From Myxococcales bacterium (GTDB lineage Bacteria; Myxococcota_A; Polyangia; Palsa-1104): a stretch of DNA of 64,000 nt. The stretch is from assembly GCA_003170275.1 (NCBI GenBank), contig PNAM01000015.1:53546-117545 (forward strand). The letters run 5' to 3'. Position numbers and translations under genes: made by a program. Under the pieces are notes generated by a model, which had not been told where the DNA came from, searched no databases, and was given only the letters and a program-made list of their open reading frames with translations. Shown here piece after piece: positions 41,032 through 49,460 of the stretch. How positions within the stretch are numbered: the stretch's first letter is position 1; each line of letters opens with the position of its first letter.

Positions 41032-41820
41032 TCACTTCGGCGGTCGATAGTCGGTCTCGACGAGCTTCACCGCGCCGCTGCGAAACGTGATCGCCGGCTG
41101 ACCGTCGTGCGGACCCTGCGCGACCGCGACGACCAGGCCCGGCGCGCCGAGCATGAAGTTGCGACCCGCGGGTGCCGAGCGCATCGGACCGGCGTCGGGC
41201 AGGTTGCGGCTCGCCGCGCTCATCGGCATGCCGAGCCCGAGCAGCTCGCTGCGCTCGCTCGCTTCACAGGCGAGGCTCCCCGCAGGCACGCGATCCGTGG
41301 GACCGACCCCGATGCAACGCAGCTCTGCCGACGGCTTCTCGGTCTTGGTCGCCTTCGCCAGATCGCACGTCCCCCAGCTCTGGCGATCGAACTGGATCGT
41401 CGCCACGCCGCCGACGACCTTCCATTGCCCGCTCAGCGCCACCAGCCGAACGTCCTCGCTCGAGTGATGCTGTCGCTTCGCGGGGTCCCTCTCGTAATGG
41501 TACTGGCCATCCGAGACGTGGTTGCCGCGCGAGCCGAGACACGCGCGCGCCGTCCCATCGCCGGCGAGGGTCATCCGCAACACGCCCGTGCGCCGCTCGT
41601 CGAGCCGCAGCTCCATCGTGACGAAGTGCTCGAAGGTCATCGTCAGCGACATCGCGTACTCGCCCGCTACCGGCGCCACGGGCACGATCTTGCCGACGAG
41701 CTCGGGCGCAAACGTCGTGACCAGCGCGGTCGCGGCGGCGGACGTCGTCTGCTTCACCGTCACATCCGCGCGAGCAGTCGCACCCACCAACGCCATGCCA
41801 GCGACCCACCACGCGCGCAT
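41032..41820 (-). CDS. secreted hypothetical protein
   Basis: Signal peptide MRAWWVAGMALVGATARA; 262 aa; no domain recognised. Confidence 0.55.
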   Translation of the reverse strand: MRAWWVAGMALVGATARADVTVKQTTSAAATALVTTFAPELVGKIVPVAPVAGEYAMSLTMTFEHFVTMELRLDERRTGVLRMTLAGDGTARACLGSRGNHVSDGQYHYERDPAKRQHHSSEDVRLVALSGQWKVVGGVATIQFDRQSWGTCDLAKATKTEKPSAELRCIGVGPTDRVPAGSLACEASERSELLGLGMPMSAASRNLPDAGPMRSAPAGRNFMLGAPGLVVAVAQGPHDGQPAITFRSGAVKLVETDYRPPK

Positions 41821-41912
41821 GCCGCAAGTATAGTCGACCGTGACGCCGGACGATCTTCAGCGCGACTTCGGCGGGCGCGGGATTGAAACTGTGAGAGACT
41901 CGCGACGGGAGG

Positions 41913-42389
41913 TTGGGGATGGGCTTTGAACCGGTGCGCCTCGCGGGAGCCGTGCTCCACGAGTCCCGCCACGTGTGCGCGTTCTTCCGAACGCCGGACG
42001 AAGTGTACGAAGTCCTGATGCCCTTCATCCTCGACGGCTTCGCGGCCGGCGAACGCGCGTATCACATCGTCGACCCGGAGCGGCGCGCGGAACACGTGGA
42101 ACGGATCGCCGTCGCGGGGGTGGACGTTGTCGAAGCCGAGCAGCGCGGTCAGCTGGTAGTCCGTCGCTGGGAGGAAGCCTACCTGCGCGACGGGCATTTC
42201 GAGCAGGAGCGCATGCTAGCGCTCATCGAAGAGGTGCTCAGCGAGGCGCCACGCCTGGGTTTTCCCTGCAACCGCATCGTCGCCGACATGGAGTGGGCGC
42301 TGCAGGATCGCCCGGGCGTCAACGACCTCGTCGAGTACGAGGCACGCCTCAACTACCTCCTTCCGCGCTACCGCGATCCAGTCATATGA
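41913..42389 (+). CDS. MEDS-domain N-terminal fragment of a sensor kinase (ends at in-frame TGA 42387..42389)
   Basis: HVCAFFRTPDEVYEVLMPFILDGFAAGERAYHIV...IVADMEWAL has the MEDS-domain pattern. Same reading frame as 42420..44195. Confidence 0.7.
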   Translation: MGMGFEPVRLAGAVLHESRHVCAFFRTPDEVYEVLMPFILDGFAAGERAYHIVDPERRAEHVERIAVAGVDVVEAEQRGQLVVRRWEEAYLRDGHFEQERMLALIEEVLSEAPRLGFPCNRIVADMEWALQDRPGVNDLVEYEARLNYLLPRYRDPVI

Positions 42390-42419
42390 GTTTACGACAG
42401 CGCCAAGTTTGGCGCCGAC

Positions 42420-44195
42420 GTGGCCATGGATATCCTGCGCACCCATCCGATGGTAATCGTCGGTGGGATCCTACAAACGAACCGCTTCTACACGCCGCCT
42501 GACCGATTCCTCCTCGAGCTCGACGCGCGCCGCCGGAGGACCGTACGGAGCGGCGGCCGTCCGTCCGCCCGGGGGCGGGCGACGGCGCAGGTCGAAGAGG
42601 TGGACGTGCTGCGCGGCACGCTCCGCGACCTGGTCGCACTCTCGACGGTGGAAGCGGCGTGGGCCGAGGAGCGCCCACGCGACCTCGCGGCGCGACTCGC
42701 CGACGTCCTGCTCAGTGCGCTGCGCGCGTCGCTGGTGTACGTGCGCCTGGGCCCGGCCGAAGGCGAGACGGCGATCGAGGTCGCGCGCGTCGACGGCAAC
42801 GTCGAGCTCGACGTGCCCGGCATTCGGGCGCAGCTCGGGGTCGGCACCAGCTTCGACGCCGCGACGCCGCCGCGCTACCCCGGCCTGCAGGTCGCGACGG
42901 CGCGGCTCGGCTGGCAGGGCACGGCGGGAATCGCGCTGGTCGGCGCTCCGCGCGCCGACTTCCCGACCGAGCGCGAGCGGTTGCTGCTCGACATCGCGGT
43001 CAACCAGGCGGCGCTGCGCGAGGACCGCGCGCGCCTGCTCGAGCGCGAAAAGGTGGCGCTCGCCGAGGCCGAGGCGGCGCAGCGGCGGCTCCATGCGCTG
43101 TTCATGCAGGCGCCGGTGCCGATCGCAGTCCTCGTCGGCCCCGACCACGCGTTCGAGCTGGCCAATCCGGCCTACTGTGCGATGATGGACCGCGACGACC
43201 TGGTCGGCCTGCCGCTGCGCGCGGCGTTTCCCGAGGCGCCCTACCTCGAGCGGGTCGACGAGGTCTATCGCACCGGCCAGAGCTTCGCCGCCGAGCAGCT
43301 GGCGATGGCCCTTCGCCATCGCGACGGCACGGTCGAAGACGCGGTGTTCCGCCTGCTGGCCGAGCCGACCCGCACCGTCGCCGGCGCGACCGTCGGCGTG
43401 GTGCTGGTCGCGGTCAAGGTCACCGACCTGGTGCGCGCCCGCGAGGCGCTCGAATCGGCGCTCGCCGAGAAGTCCGCGGCGGAGCGGCTGCGCGAGCAGC
43501 TGTTCGGGATCGTAGGACACGACCTGCGCGGGCCGCTGTCAACGATCGTCACCGGAGCGCGACTGCTGCAGGTCCGGGGCGGGCTCGCTCCGGATGCCGC
43601 ACGGACGATCGAGCTCATCCAGCGCAGCGGCGATCGCATGGCCAAGATGATCACCCAACTGCTCGACTACACGCGTGCGTACCTGGGCGGTGGGATTGCC
43701 GTCGAGCGCGGGCCGACCGATTTGGCTTCCGTCTGCGCCGATGTGCTGGCCGAGTACAACACGGCTCGTCCCGACCGGGTCGTCAGCGTCGACGCGGCCT
43801 CCGACTCGGGCGGGCTGTGGGACCGCGAGCGGCTCGCCCAGTTGGTCGCCAACCTGGTCGGCAACGCCATCCAGCACGGCAGAGGCGACCTCCCCATCGC
43901 GCTGCGCCTCGACGGCCGGGGGGACACGGTGTGGCTGACGGTGCACAACCACGGCGAACCCATCCCGCCGTCGCTGCTGCCAACCATCTTCGACCCGTTC
44001 CGACACGGCCGCACGACCGGCAGCGGCCCGAGCGGCGGGCTCGGGCTCGGGCTGTACATTTCGCGCGAGATCGTGCGCGCGCACGGCGGCGAGATCGACG
44101 TGCTCTCGACGGCCGAAGAGGGCACGACCTTCACCGTGCGGCTGCCACGCCAGCCTACCCGCACCGAGCCTACGCCCAGCGCTCAGGTGGGTTGA
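42420..44195 (+). CDS. sensor histidine kinase portion (end of MEDS domain, PAS-like region, HisKA, HATPase_c), continuation of 41913..42389
   Basis: Begins inside a domain (VAMDILRTHPMVIVGGILQTNRFYTPP). H-box FGIVGHDLRGPLSTI. ATPase motifs NLVGNAIQHG and GGLGLGLYISREIVRAHGGEI. The codons 42390..42419 (VYDSAKFGAD) are also open. Confidence 0.8.
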   Translation: MAMDILRTHPMVIVGGILQTNRFYTPPDRFLLELDARRRRTVRSGGRPSARGRATAQVEEVDVLRGTLRDLVALSTVEAAWAEERPRDLAARLADVLLSALRASLVYVRLGPAEGETAIEVARVDGNVELDVPGIRAQLGVGTSFDAATPPRYPGLQVATARLGWQGTAGIALVGAPRADFPTERERLLLDIAVNQAALREDRARLLEREKVALAEAEAAQRRLHALFMQAPVPIAVLVGPDHAFELANPAYCAMMDRDDLVGLPLRAAFPEAPYLERVDEVYRTGQSFAAEQLAMALRHRDGTVEDAVFRLLAEPTRTVAGATVGVVLVAVKVTDLVRAREALESALAEKSAAERLREQLFGIVGHDLRGPLSTIVTGARLLQVRGGLAPDAARTIELIQRSGDRMAKMITQLLDYTRAYLGGGIAVERGPTDLASVCADVLAEYNTARPDRVVSVDAASDSGGLWDRERLAQLVANLVGNAIQHGRGDLPIALRLDGRGDTVWLTVHNHGEPIPPSLLPTIFDPFRHGRTTGSGPSGGLGLGLYISREIVRAHGGEIDVLSTAEEGTTFTVRLPRQPTRTEPTPSAQVG

Positions 44196-44273
44196 ATCAA
44201 AGGGGCGACCCCGACGAAGCGGCGCTCGCTTGCGCCGTTTCGACTGCGTTCTCCACTCCTTGGCACCGGCGAA

Positions 44274-45614
44274 TCAGAAGAAGTCGCTGCTGTCCGGGGC
44301 TGCCGCCTGCGGCGGAGGGCGCACGAGGTCGAGCAGCGCGCGTGCCAGCGGCACTGCCACCGCAGCGTCGGCGCGCGCCGCCTCATCGAGCTTCTGCCAG
44401 CGCTCGACGACCTCGTCGATCTGATCGCTGAGGCCGAGCAGCCGCTCGGCCTTCGCGAAAGCCTCCAGGATCACGTCACAGACCAGGAGGGGCATGACGT
44501 CCGCGTAGGCCAGGGCACGCTCGAGCTCCGCCGTGACCTTCGCCTTGATGTCGGTGTCGTGCTTGATGAGCACGCCGCGCTGTGAAATGACCCCCAGCGA
44601 GTCGAGGTACTTGTCGAAGCCCTCACAGTCGTTGCGGTTCCGCGCGGGCGTCCCGCTCGCCAGCACCCCGCGGACGCGATCGAACTCCTTGCGGGTGTCG
44701 GAGCGCAGGTAGGAGAACTCTTTGCTCGCGATGAAGCCGTCCACCAATTCGACGATGAGACGGTAGCTCGCCTGCGCCACCTCCGGATCGGTCGCGCGAT
44801 TCTGGATCGGTCGGTTGAGCTCGCGCACGGTCCGCTGCAGCTCGGCGATCGCCCGCCGCACCGCCAGCGCCTTGCCGAGCATGTCCCGGTGCCCGGGGAT
44901 CATCCGCTCGGGCTCGGCGTGCCCGAGGAAGCACTCATACACGGTCGTCATGGCCGCGAAGACGCCGTCCATCATCGCGGTGGTCGCGTCGTTCAGATCG
45001 GTGAGCGCTTGTTCCATGCGATCGTTGGACAGCGCGTCCGCGAAGCGACGATCGTACTCGCCAAGCTCCGAGCTCAGCCCGTAGTGGAGCGTGTCCATCT
45101 CGCCGGTGAGCGCCCGCCACTTCTCCTCATCGGTCTTGTTGCGCGCGGCGATGATGCCCAGCGCTGCCCCGCGGGCGATCGTTCGCATGCTGGGCCGGTT
45201 TCGCGAGGGCCTCTCGACATCGGCCTCCACCGGCGCGGCGTTCTCAGACGCGTCGGGGGTCTCCGCCGCCGCGACGCGGAGGTACTCGAGCAGCCGGCGG
45301 AAGTGGCTCAGAACAGCGTCCGAGACGATCTGGATCTGTGCCTCGCCGCCCTCGCGGACATAGAGCGCGGCGTCGAGCTCACCGAGGGCGCGCACGGCCT
45401 CCTCGCCCAGCTGCAGCAGCTTCTGCACCTTGCGGCGGATACGCCGATCTGCGATCGCGCTCAGGATCTCGGCGAGTGCAGTGTTCTCGGGGGACTCGGA
45501 CAACGTGAGGTCGATAGTAGCAAGACGTGGCACCGAGGCGGCACCAACCCTCCTTCGGGGAGCGATGTTTCCGACGAGCAAGACGAATGAAGCGAAGCCG
45601 GCCAACGGGACCAA
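44274..45614 (-). CDS. hypothetical alpha-helical protein (orphan, no domain recognised)
   Basis: 446-aa ORF lying between the kinase gene and the displaced tRNA-Glu fragment. Start uncertain. Slightly less GC-rich than its neighbours by eye. Confidence 0.55.
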   Translation of the reverse strand: MVPLAGFASFVLLVGNIAPRRRVGAASVPRLATIDLTLSESPENTALAEILSAIADRRIRRKVQKLLQLGEEAVRALGELDAALYVREGGEAQIQIVSDAVLSHFRRLLEYLRVAAAETPDASENAAPVEADVERPSRNRPSMRTIARGAALGIIAARNKTDEEKWRALTGEMDTLHYGLSSELGEYDRRFADALSNDRMEQALTDLNDATTAMMDGVFAAMTTVYECFLGHAEPERMIPGHRDMLGKALAVRRAIAELQRTVRELNRPIQNRATDPEVAQASYRLIVELVDGFIASKEFSYLRSDTRKEFDRVRGVLASGTPARNRNDCEGFDKYLDSLGVISQRGVLIKHDTDIKAKVTAELERALAYADVMPLLVCDVILEAFAKAERLLGLSDQIDEVVERWQKLDEAARADAAVAVPLARALLDLVRPPPQAAAPDSSDFF

Positions 45615-45670
45615 TTCCCGTCGGGGTCAAATCATTTCGAAAAGACGAACGGTTGAACGGTGATGTGATG

Positions 45671-45712
45671 GCGACCCCGACGGGATTTGAACCCGTGTTA
45701 CCGACGTGAAAG
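45671..45712 (-). repeat. left att repeat = displaced 3' half of tRNA-Glu (anticodon loop to C74, followed by genomic CCA)
   Basis: 42 nt (gcgaccccgacgggatttgaacccgtgttaccgacgtgaaag) identical to 56585..56626. No tRNA 5' half is adjacent. Confidence 0.9.
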
Positions 45713-45840
45713 CGTTGTAGGGGCGTCCGGTGAGAAGACACGCACGTCGCGCCTAGTGTCCACTCCACCGACGGGAACACGCGCCCTGTCCACACGACTC
45801 GGCGATGGTCGAGGGAGGGCTGTCCAGTCGATTTCCGATC

Positions 45841-45864
45841 GATCTACTGCAAGATCTACTGCAA
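45841..45864 (+). repeat. tandem 12-bp direct repeat GATCTACTGCAA x2 (candidate integrase/Xis arm-type sites)
   Basis: Perfect tandem copies at 45841..45852 and 45853..45864. A third copy (ATCTACTGCAA) lies at the other end of the element, 56546..56556, in the same orientation. Confidence 0.6.
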
Positions 45865-45930
45865 TAAAGACGAGCGCTGCTGAATGCTACGAAACGCATT
45901 ACATAACCAATACTGTTTAATTCCGCATAC

Positions 45931-45957
45931 TTGACTGGTCGGCGTTTTCAGCATACT
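45931..45957 (+). promoter_or_regulatory. possible sigma70-type promoter for the leftmost element genes
   Basis: TTGACT (45931..45936) - 15 nt - CATACT (45952..45957), 14 nt before ATG 45971, within an unusually AT-rich stretch. Spacer is short, so this is weak. Confidence 0.3.
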
Positions 45958-45970
45958 TCTAGAAGTCGAA

Positions 45971-46198
45971 ATGAGCCGACTACTCCCGGGCGCCGAACCT
46001 CTCGATCAAGAGACCCAACGCAAGCTCGCGCGCGTCGTCGAGCGTCTCGGCGCGCTAGACGCGAGGCGCCTGATCGGCTGCACGCGGTCGACCCTCGAGC
46101 GGGCGCAGCGCGGAGATCGCCTGCGAGCAGGATCGATCCTGCTGCTGCGCATGGCTGTCAACGAGCTCGACGAAGCACTCGCGGCGGTGCGCTTGTGA
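45971..46198 (+). CDS. small HTH-like regulator (hypothetical)
   Basis: 75 aa; LGALDARRLIGCTRSTLERAQRG resembles a Cro/cI-type HTH. First gene inside the element. Confidence 0.5.
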   Translation: MSRLLPGAEPLDQETQRKLARVVERLGALDARRLIGCTRSTLERAQRGDRLRAGSILLLRMAVNELDEALAAVRL

Positions 46199-46485
46199 TC
46201 GACGCGACCGCCGAAGAAGAAGCGTTTGCCGTGGCTGCCCTTTCCTTTGTTGAAGAGCCGGCCCCCGGACAGGAGGCCGGCACCTATTGGGATCCCGTTG
46301 TCGTCCGCCGCGCGCAGCGTGTGATCGCCGAGCAACACGCGCAGCGGCGCGGGCGCATCCGCGCGATCGTTCGACCACGTGCTCGTGCTCGTCGCGCACC
46401 GCGGCGCCAGCGCCGGGCGGCCCGTCGGGCGTCCGCATCCCCTGGCAGTAGCAGCGACGGCCCAGCCCCAGCCGGTGTAGCGTGA
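46195..46485 (+). CDS. hypothetical small protein (doubtful)
   Basis: GTGA overlaps at both ends (with 45971..46198 and 46482..46736). The C-terminal half is Arg-rich and junk-like. Confidence 0.3.
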   Translation: MIDATAEEEAFAVAALSFVEEPAPGQEAGTYWDPVVVRRAQRVIAEQHAQRRGRIRAIVRPRARARRAPRRQRRAARRASASPGSSSDGPAPAGVA

Positions 46486-46736
46486 GCGCCGGCATCCTCG
46501 AGCAATTGGCCGCGCGCGTCGCCGACCTCGAGCGCCAGGTCGCTGAGCTCAAGTCCGCGCCCGCGCCGATTGCTCCTACCGACGACGATCTAATCAGCGT
46601 CGCGCAAGCTGCGAAGCTGCGCGATTGTTCCGTCGCTGCGGTGCACAAGGCGATACAGCGCGGCCGGATCCCCTGCGTGCGCATTGGCCGCGCGGTGCGC
46701 GTGCGGCGGCGCGATGCCGATGTAGGTGGCCGTTGA
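46482..46736 (+). CDS. excisionase-family HTH DNA-binding protein
   Basis: LISVAQAAKLRDCSVAAVHKAIQRGRIPCVRIGRAVRVRRRD matches the excisionase/MerR-like HTH pattern (..EAA..L..S..TV.....G.IP..RIGR...I...D). Confidence 0.75.
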   Translation: MSAGILEQLAARVADLERQVAELKSAPAPIAPTDDDLISVAQAAKLRDCSVAAVHKAIQRGRIPCVRIGRAVRVRRRDADVGGR

Positions 46737-46899
46737 CCCAGCCGGCGATCGCGCAAGCTCCACGCCTCAGCTGCGATGAGTGCGCACGGCCGTGCTCTGC
46801 CACCGACGGGATCCGGCTCGTCGCTGAGACGGCGAGTTCATGTTTCTTGTGTTGGGCTTGCCTCGCCGCGTATGCGGCGGCGCGCGCGAGGAAGGGATC

Positions 46900-49104
46900 G
46901 TGACCGCGATGCTCGGCGAGGCGTTGGCTCTCGCAGCTCGCGGATTTCGCGTGTTCCCTGTCGACGGGAAGTTGCCGCGCGTCAAAGCCTGGCAGAGGCA
47001 CGCGACCACCGACGAGGCGCAGATCCGCGCGTGGTGGGCGCACTGGCCCAACGCTGACATTGGGATCGCAGGTGGTCGCGAGGCGGGGATCTTCGTCGTA
47101 GACATGGACCCGCGAAACGGTGGCGAGGCATCGTTCGCCGCGCTCGAGGGTGAGCACGGCGCTTTCCCGTCGACGTACACGGTCATGACGGGCGGCGACG
47201 GCGCACACCTCTACTACGTGTACCCCGACGACGGTGCGCCCAATGGCTGGCGCAAGGAGATCGCGCGCGGCGTCGACATCAAAGCCGACGGCGGGTATGT
47301 CGTCGGGCCCGGCAGCCTGCACGCGTCGGGGAAGAGGTACGCGATCCTCGACGACGTGCCGATCGCACCGGCGCCGGCGTGGCTGCTCGAGCTCGCGTGC
47401 AAGCCAGCGCCGGCCGAGAAGCCCCCCAAGAGAGATGTATTCGCCGACGCAGCGGACGCCCCCGACCGCCCATACGTCGGCGCGGCCGTGCGCGACGAGG
47501 TGGCGCGCGTCGCTGCAGCCACCGAGGGCACGCGGAACGATCAGCTGAACACGTCGGCGTTCTCGCTCGGCACGCTCGTTGGTGCTGGCGAGCTCGAGCG
47601 CGCGCACGCCGAGCGGCGCCTGCTCGCCGCGGCGGTCAAGGCCGGCCTGCCAGAGAGCGAGGCGGCGCGCACGGTCGCGAGCGGTCTGGACGCCGGCACT
47701 GCGAAGCCGCGCGAGTTGCCGACAACCTTCCGGCTGACCGACCTCGGGAACGCGGAGCGCTTCGCACAGGACCACAAGGACGCAGCGATCTTCGTACATC
47801 AGTGGAACGCCTGGCTGCTGTGGAACGGTCGCACTCATACGCGCGACGCGCAGGAACAGATCCGCGCGCTCGGCAAGCAGACCGTGCGCAACATCTTGCG
47901 CCAGGCTGGCCAGTGCGAGGATGACGAGCGACGAAAGCTGTTGACGGCCCACGCCACCAAGAGCGAGAGCCGCGCCGCGCTCGCAGCGATGATCTCGCTT
48001 GCGCAGTCGGAGCTAGCCGGATCGCCCGACCAGTTCGACCAACATCGCGATCTACTCAACTGCGCGAACGGCGTCGTCGACTTGCGTAGCGGCGAGCTGC
48101 GACCGCACCGCCGAGAGGATTACTTTACCAAGCTCACGCCGATCGAATACGCGACCGCGGGACCGAAGCGCCATCGTTGGGATCAGTTCTTGCGCGAGAT
48201 TTTCCGCGGCGACGAGGAGCTCGTCGGCTACGTCAAGCGCTTCGTGGGTTACAGCCTCACCGGGCACACGCGCGAGCACGCCTTTTTCGTCCTGTACGGC
48301 GGTGGCCGCAACGGCAAGGGGCGATTCATTCGCCAGCTCATGGCGCTGCTCGGCGACGCGGCGCGCACGACTGCGTTCGGTACGTTCACCGTCGACCGTG
48401 AGCAGGGATCGAAGAACACGCCAGCGCTCGCCAAGCTCTGCGGCATGCGGCTCGTCGTCGCCGGCGAGCCCGACGAGGGCACGCGCTTGAGCGAGAGCGT
48501 GATCAAGAGCCTGACCGGGGAGGATGAGATCGAGGCGTGCGCGAAATACGAATCGCCGTTCACCTTCACGCCGCAGTTCAAGATCGTGCTGCACACCAAC
48601 CACCGGCCGGAAATTCGTGGGACCGACCTAGCGATCTGGAAGCGGCCCAGGATGATCCCGTGCCTCGCGACGTTCGACGGACAGGACGGCAACCCGGCGC
48701 CCGATCTTGAGCTCGACGCCAAGCTCGACGCGGAGCGCTCCGGGATCTTGGCGTGGGCCGTCGAGGGCGCAGTCGAGTGGTACCGCGTCGGGCTCGGCAC
48801 CTGCGCCGCAGTCGAGGCCGCGACTGCCGACTATCGGGCAGCGTCCGACGCGCTCGCGCCGTTTCTCGAGGAGTGCGTGCAGGTCGCGGAGGCGGCGACG
48901 TTCACGCCCAACCACGCGATCTACGGCGTGTACACGCGTTGGTGCACGCGCAACGGGGTCGAACCGTGGCGCGCAGACACGCTCTCGAAGCGGCTCGTCG
49001 CCCGGGGCTATCGCCCGGACAAACATGGAGGCGTGCGCGGTTTCCGGGGCGTGGGGCTGCGTCCGGCTGAGCACCGATCCCCCTTCGCTGAGGTACGCCC
49101 ATGA
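46900..49104 (+). CDS. bifunctional primase-polymerase (AEP) + PriCT + D5_N / P4-family SF3 helicase
   Basis: AEP motifs GFRVFPV, IFVVDMDPRNGG, GGDGAHLYY, GVDIKADGGYVVGPGS. PriCT-like RNDQLNTSAFSLGTLVGAG. Walker A FFVLYGGGRNGKG. GTG 46900 is preceded by GAGGAAGGG (ATG 46909 is an alternative). Confidence 0.88.
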   Translation: MTAMLGEALALAARGFRVFPVDGKLPRVKAWQRHATTDEAQIRAWWAHWPNADIGIAGGREAGIFVVDMDPRNGGEASFAALEGEHGAFPSTYTVMTGGDGAHLYYVYPDDGAPNGWRKEIARGVDIKADGGYVVGPGSLHASGKRYAILDDVPIAPAPAWLLELACKPAPAEKPPKRDVFADAADAPDRPYVGAAVRDEVARVAAATEGTRNDQLNTSAFSLGTLVGAGELERAHAERRLLAAAVKAGLPESEAARTVASGLDAGTAKPRELPTTFRLTDLGNAERFAQDHKDAAIFVHQWNAWLLWNGRTHTRDAQEQIRALGKQTVRNILRQAGQCEDDERRKLLTAHATKSESRAALAAMISLAQSELAGSPDQFDQHRDLLNCANGVVDLRSGELRPHRREDYFTKLTPIEYATAGPKRHRWDQFLREIFRGDEELVGYVKRFVGYSLTGHTREHAFFVLYGGGRNGKGRFIRQLMALLGDAARTTAFGTFTVDREQGSKNTPALAKLCGMRLVVAGEPDEGTRLSESVIKSLTGEDEIEACAKYESPFTFTPQFKIVLHTNHRPEIRGTDLAIWKRPRMIPCLATFDGQDGNPAPDLELDAKLDAERSGILAWAVEGAVEWYRVGLGTCAAVEAATADYRAASDALAPFLEECVQVAEAATFTPNHAIYGVYTRWCTRNGVEPWRADTLSKRLVARGYRPDKHGGVRGFRGVGLRPAEHRSPFAEVRP

Positions 49105-49460
49105 CTTCCCAGAAGCGGCGGCGGTGGACGCCTGGACACCTGTGGACACTGATTCCTGAGAATTATTTTCACGAGGAAACGAAGCTAAAAGTTCCGGATC
49201 TGGCGTCCACAGGTGTCCAGGCGTCCGGGAAAGGCGGCCAAAGCGCCTTCCTCGCGCCCACCACGCGCACCACGGGTCGCCGCGCCGACCGTGCGCGCGC
49301 TGCGACACACTCCCGCTACGTCGGTAACCGCCTTGTAATCATTCAAGCATCCGCGCTTTGCAGTAGACCTTGCAGCAACGCGATCGAGGATCGCGCCCCA
49401 GCCCACGGCCCCAGCGCCGCGCCAACCCCCGCCCCAGCCCAGCCCCAGGTGCGCGCGTGA
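49101..49460 (+). CDS. 119-codon ORF coupled to both the primase and TerL genes (possible small terminase / DNA-binding protein, or non-coding ori/pac region)
   Basis: ATGA overlap with the primase stop and GTGA overlap with the GTG 49457 start of TerL. Weak codon bias by my hand count. Contains the 22-bp inverted repeat. Confidence 0.3.
   Translation: MTSQKRRRWTPGHLWTLIPENYFHEETKLKVPDLASTGVQASGKGGQSAFLAPTTRTTGRRADRARAATHSRYVGNRLVIIQASALCSRPCSNAIEDRAPAHGPSAAPTPAPAQPQVRA
49126..49226. repeat. perfect 22-bp inverted repeat (GGACGCCTGGACACCTGTGGAC / GTCCACAGGTGTCCAGGCGTCC) flanking a 57-bp AT-rich spacer
   Basis: Arms at 49126..49147 and 49205..49226 are exact reverse complements. Each arm contains GGAC three times. 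The spacer is far more AT-rich than the surroundings. Confidence 0.85.
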
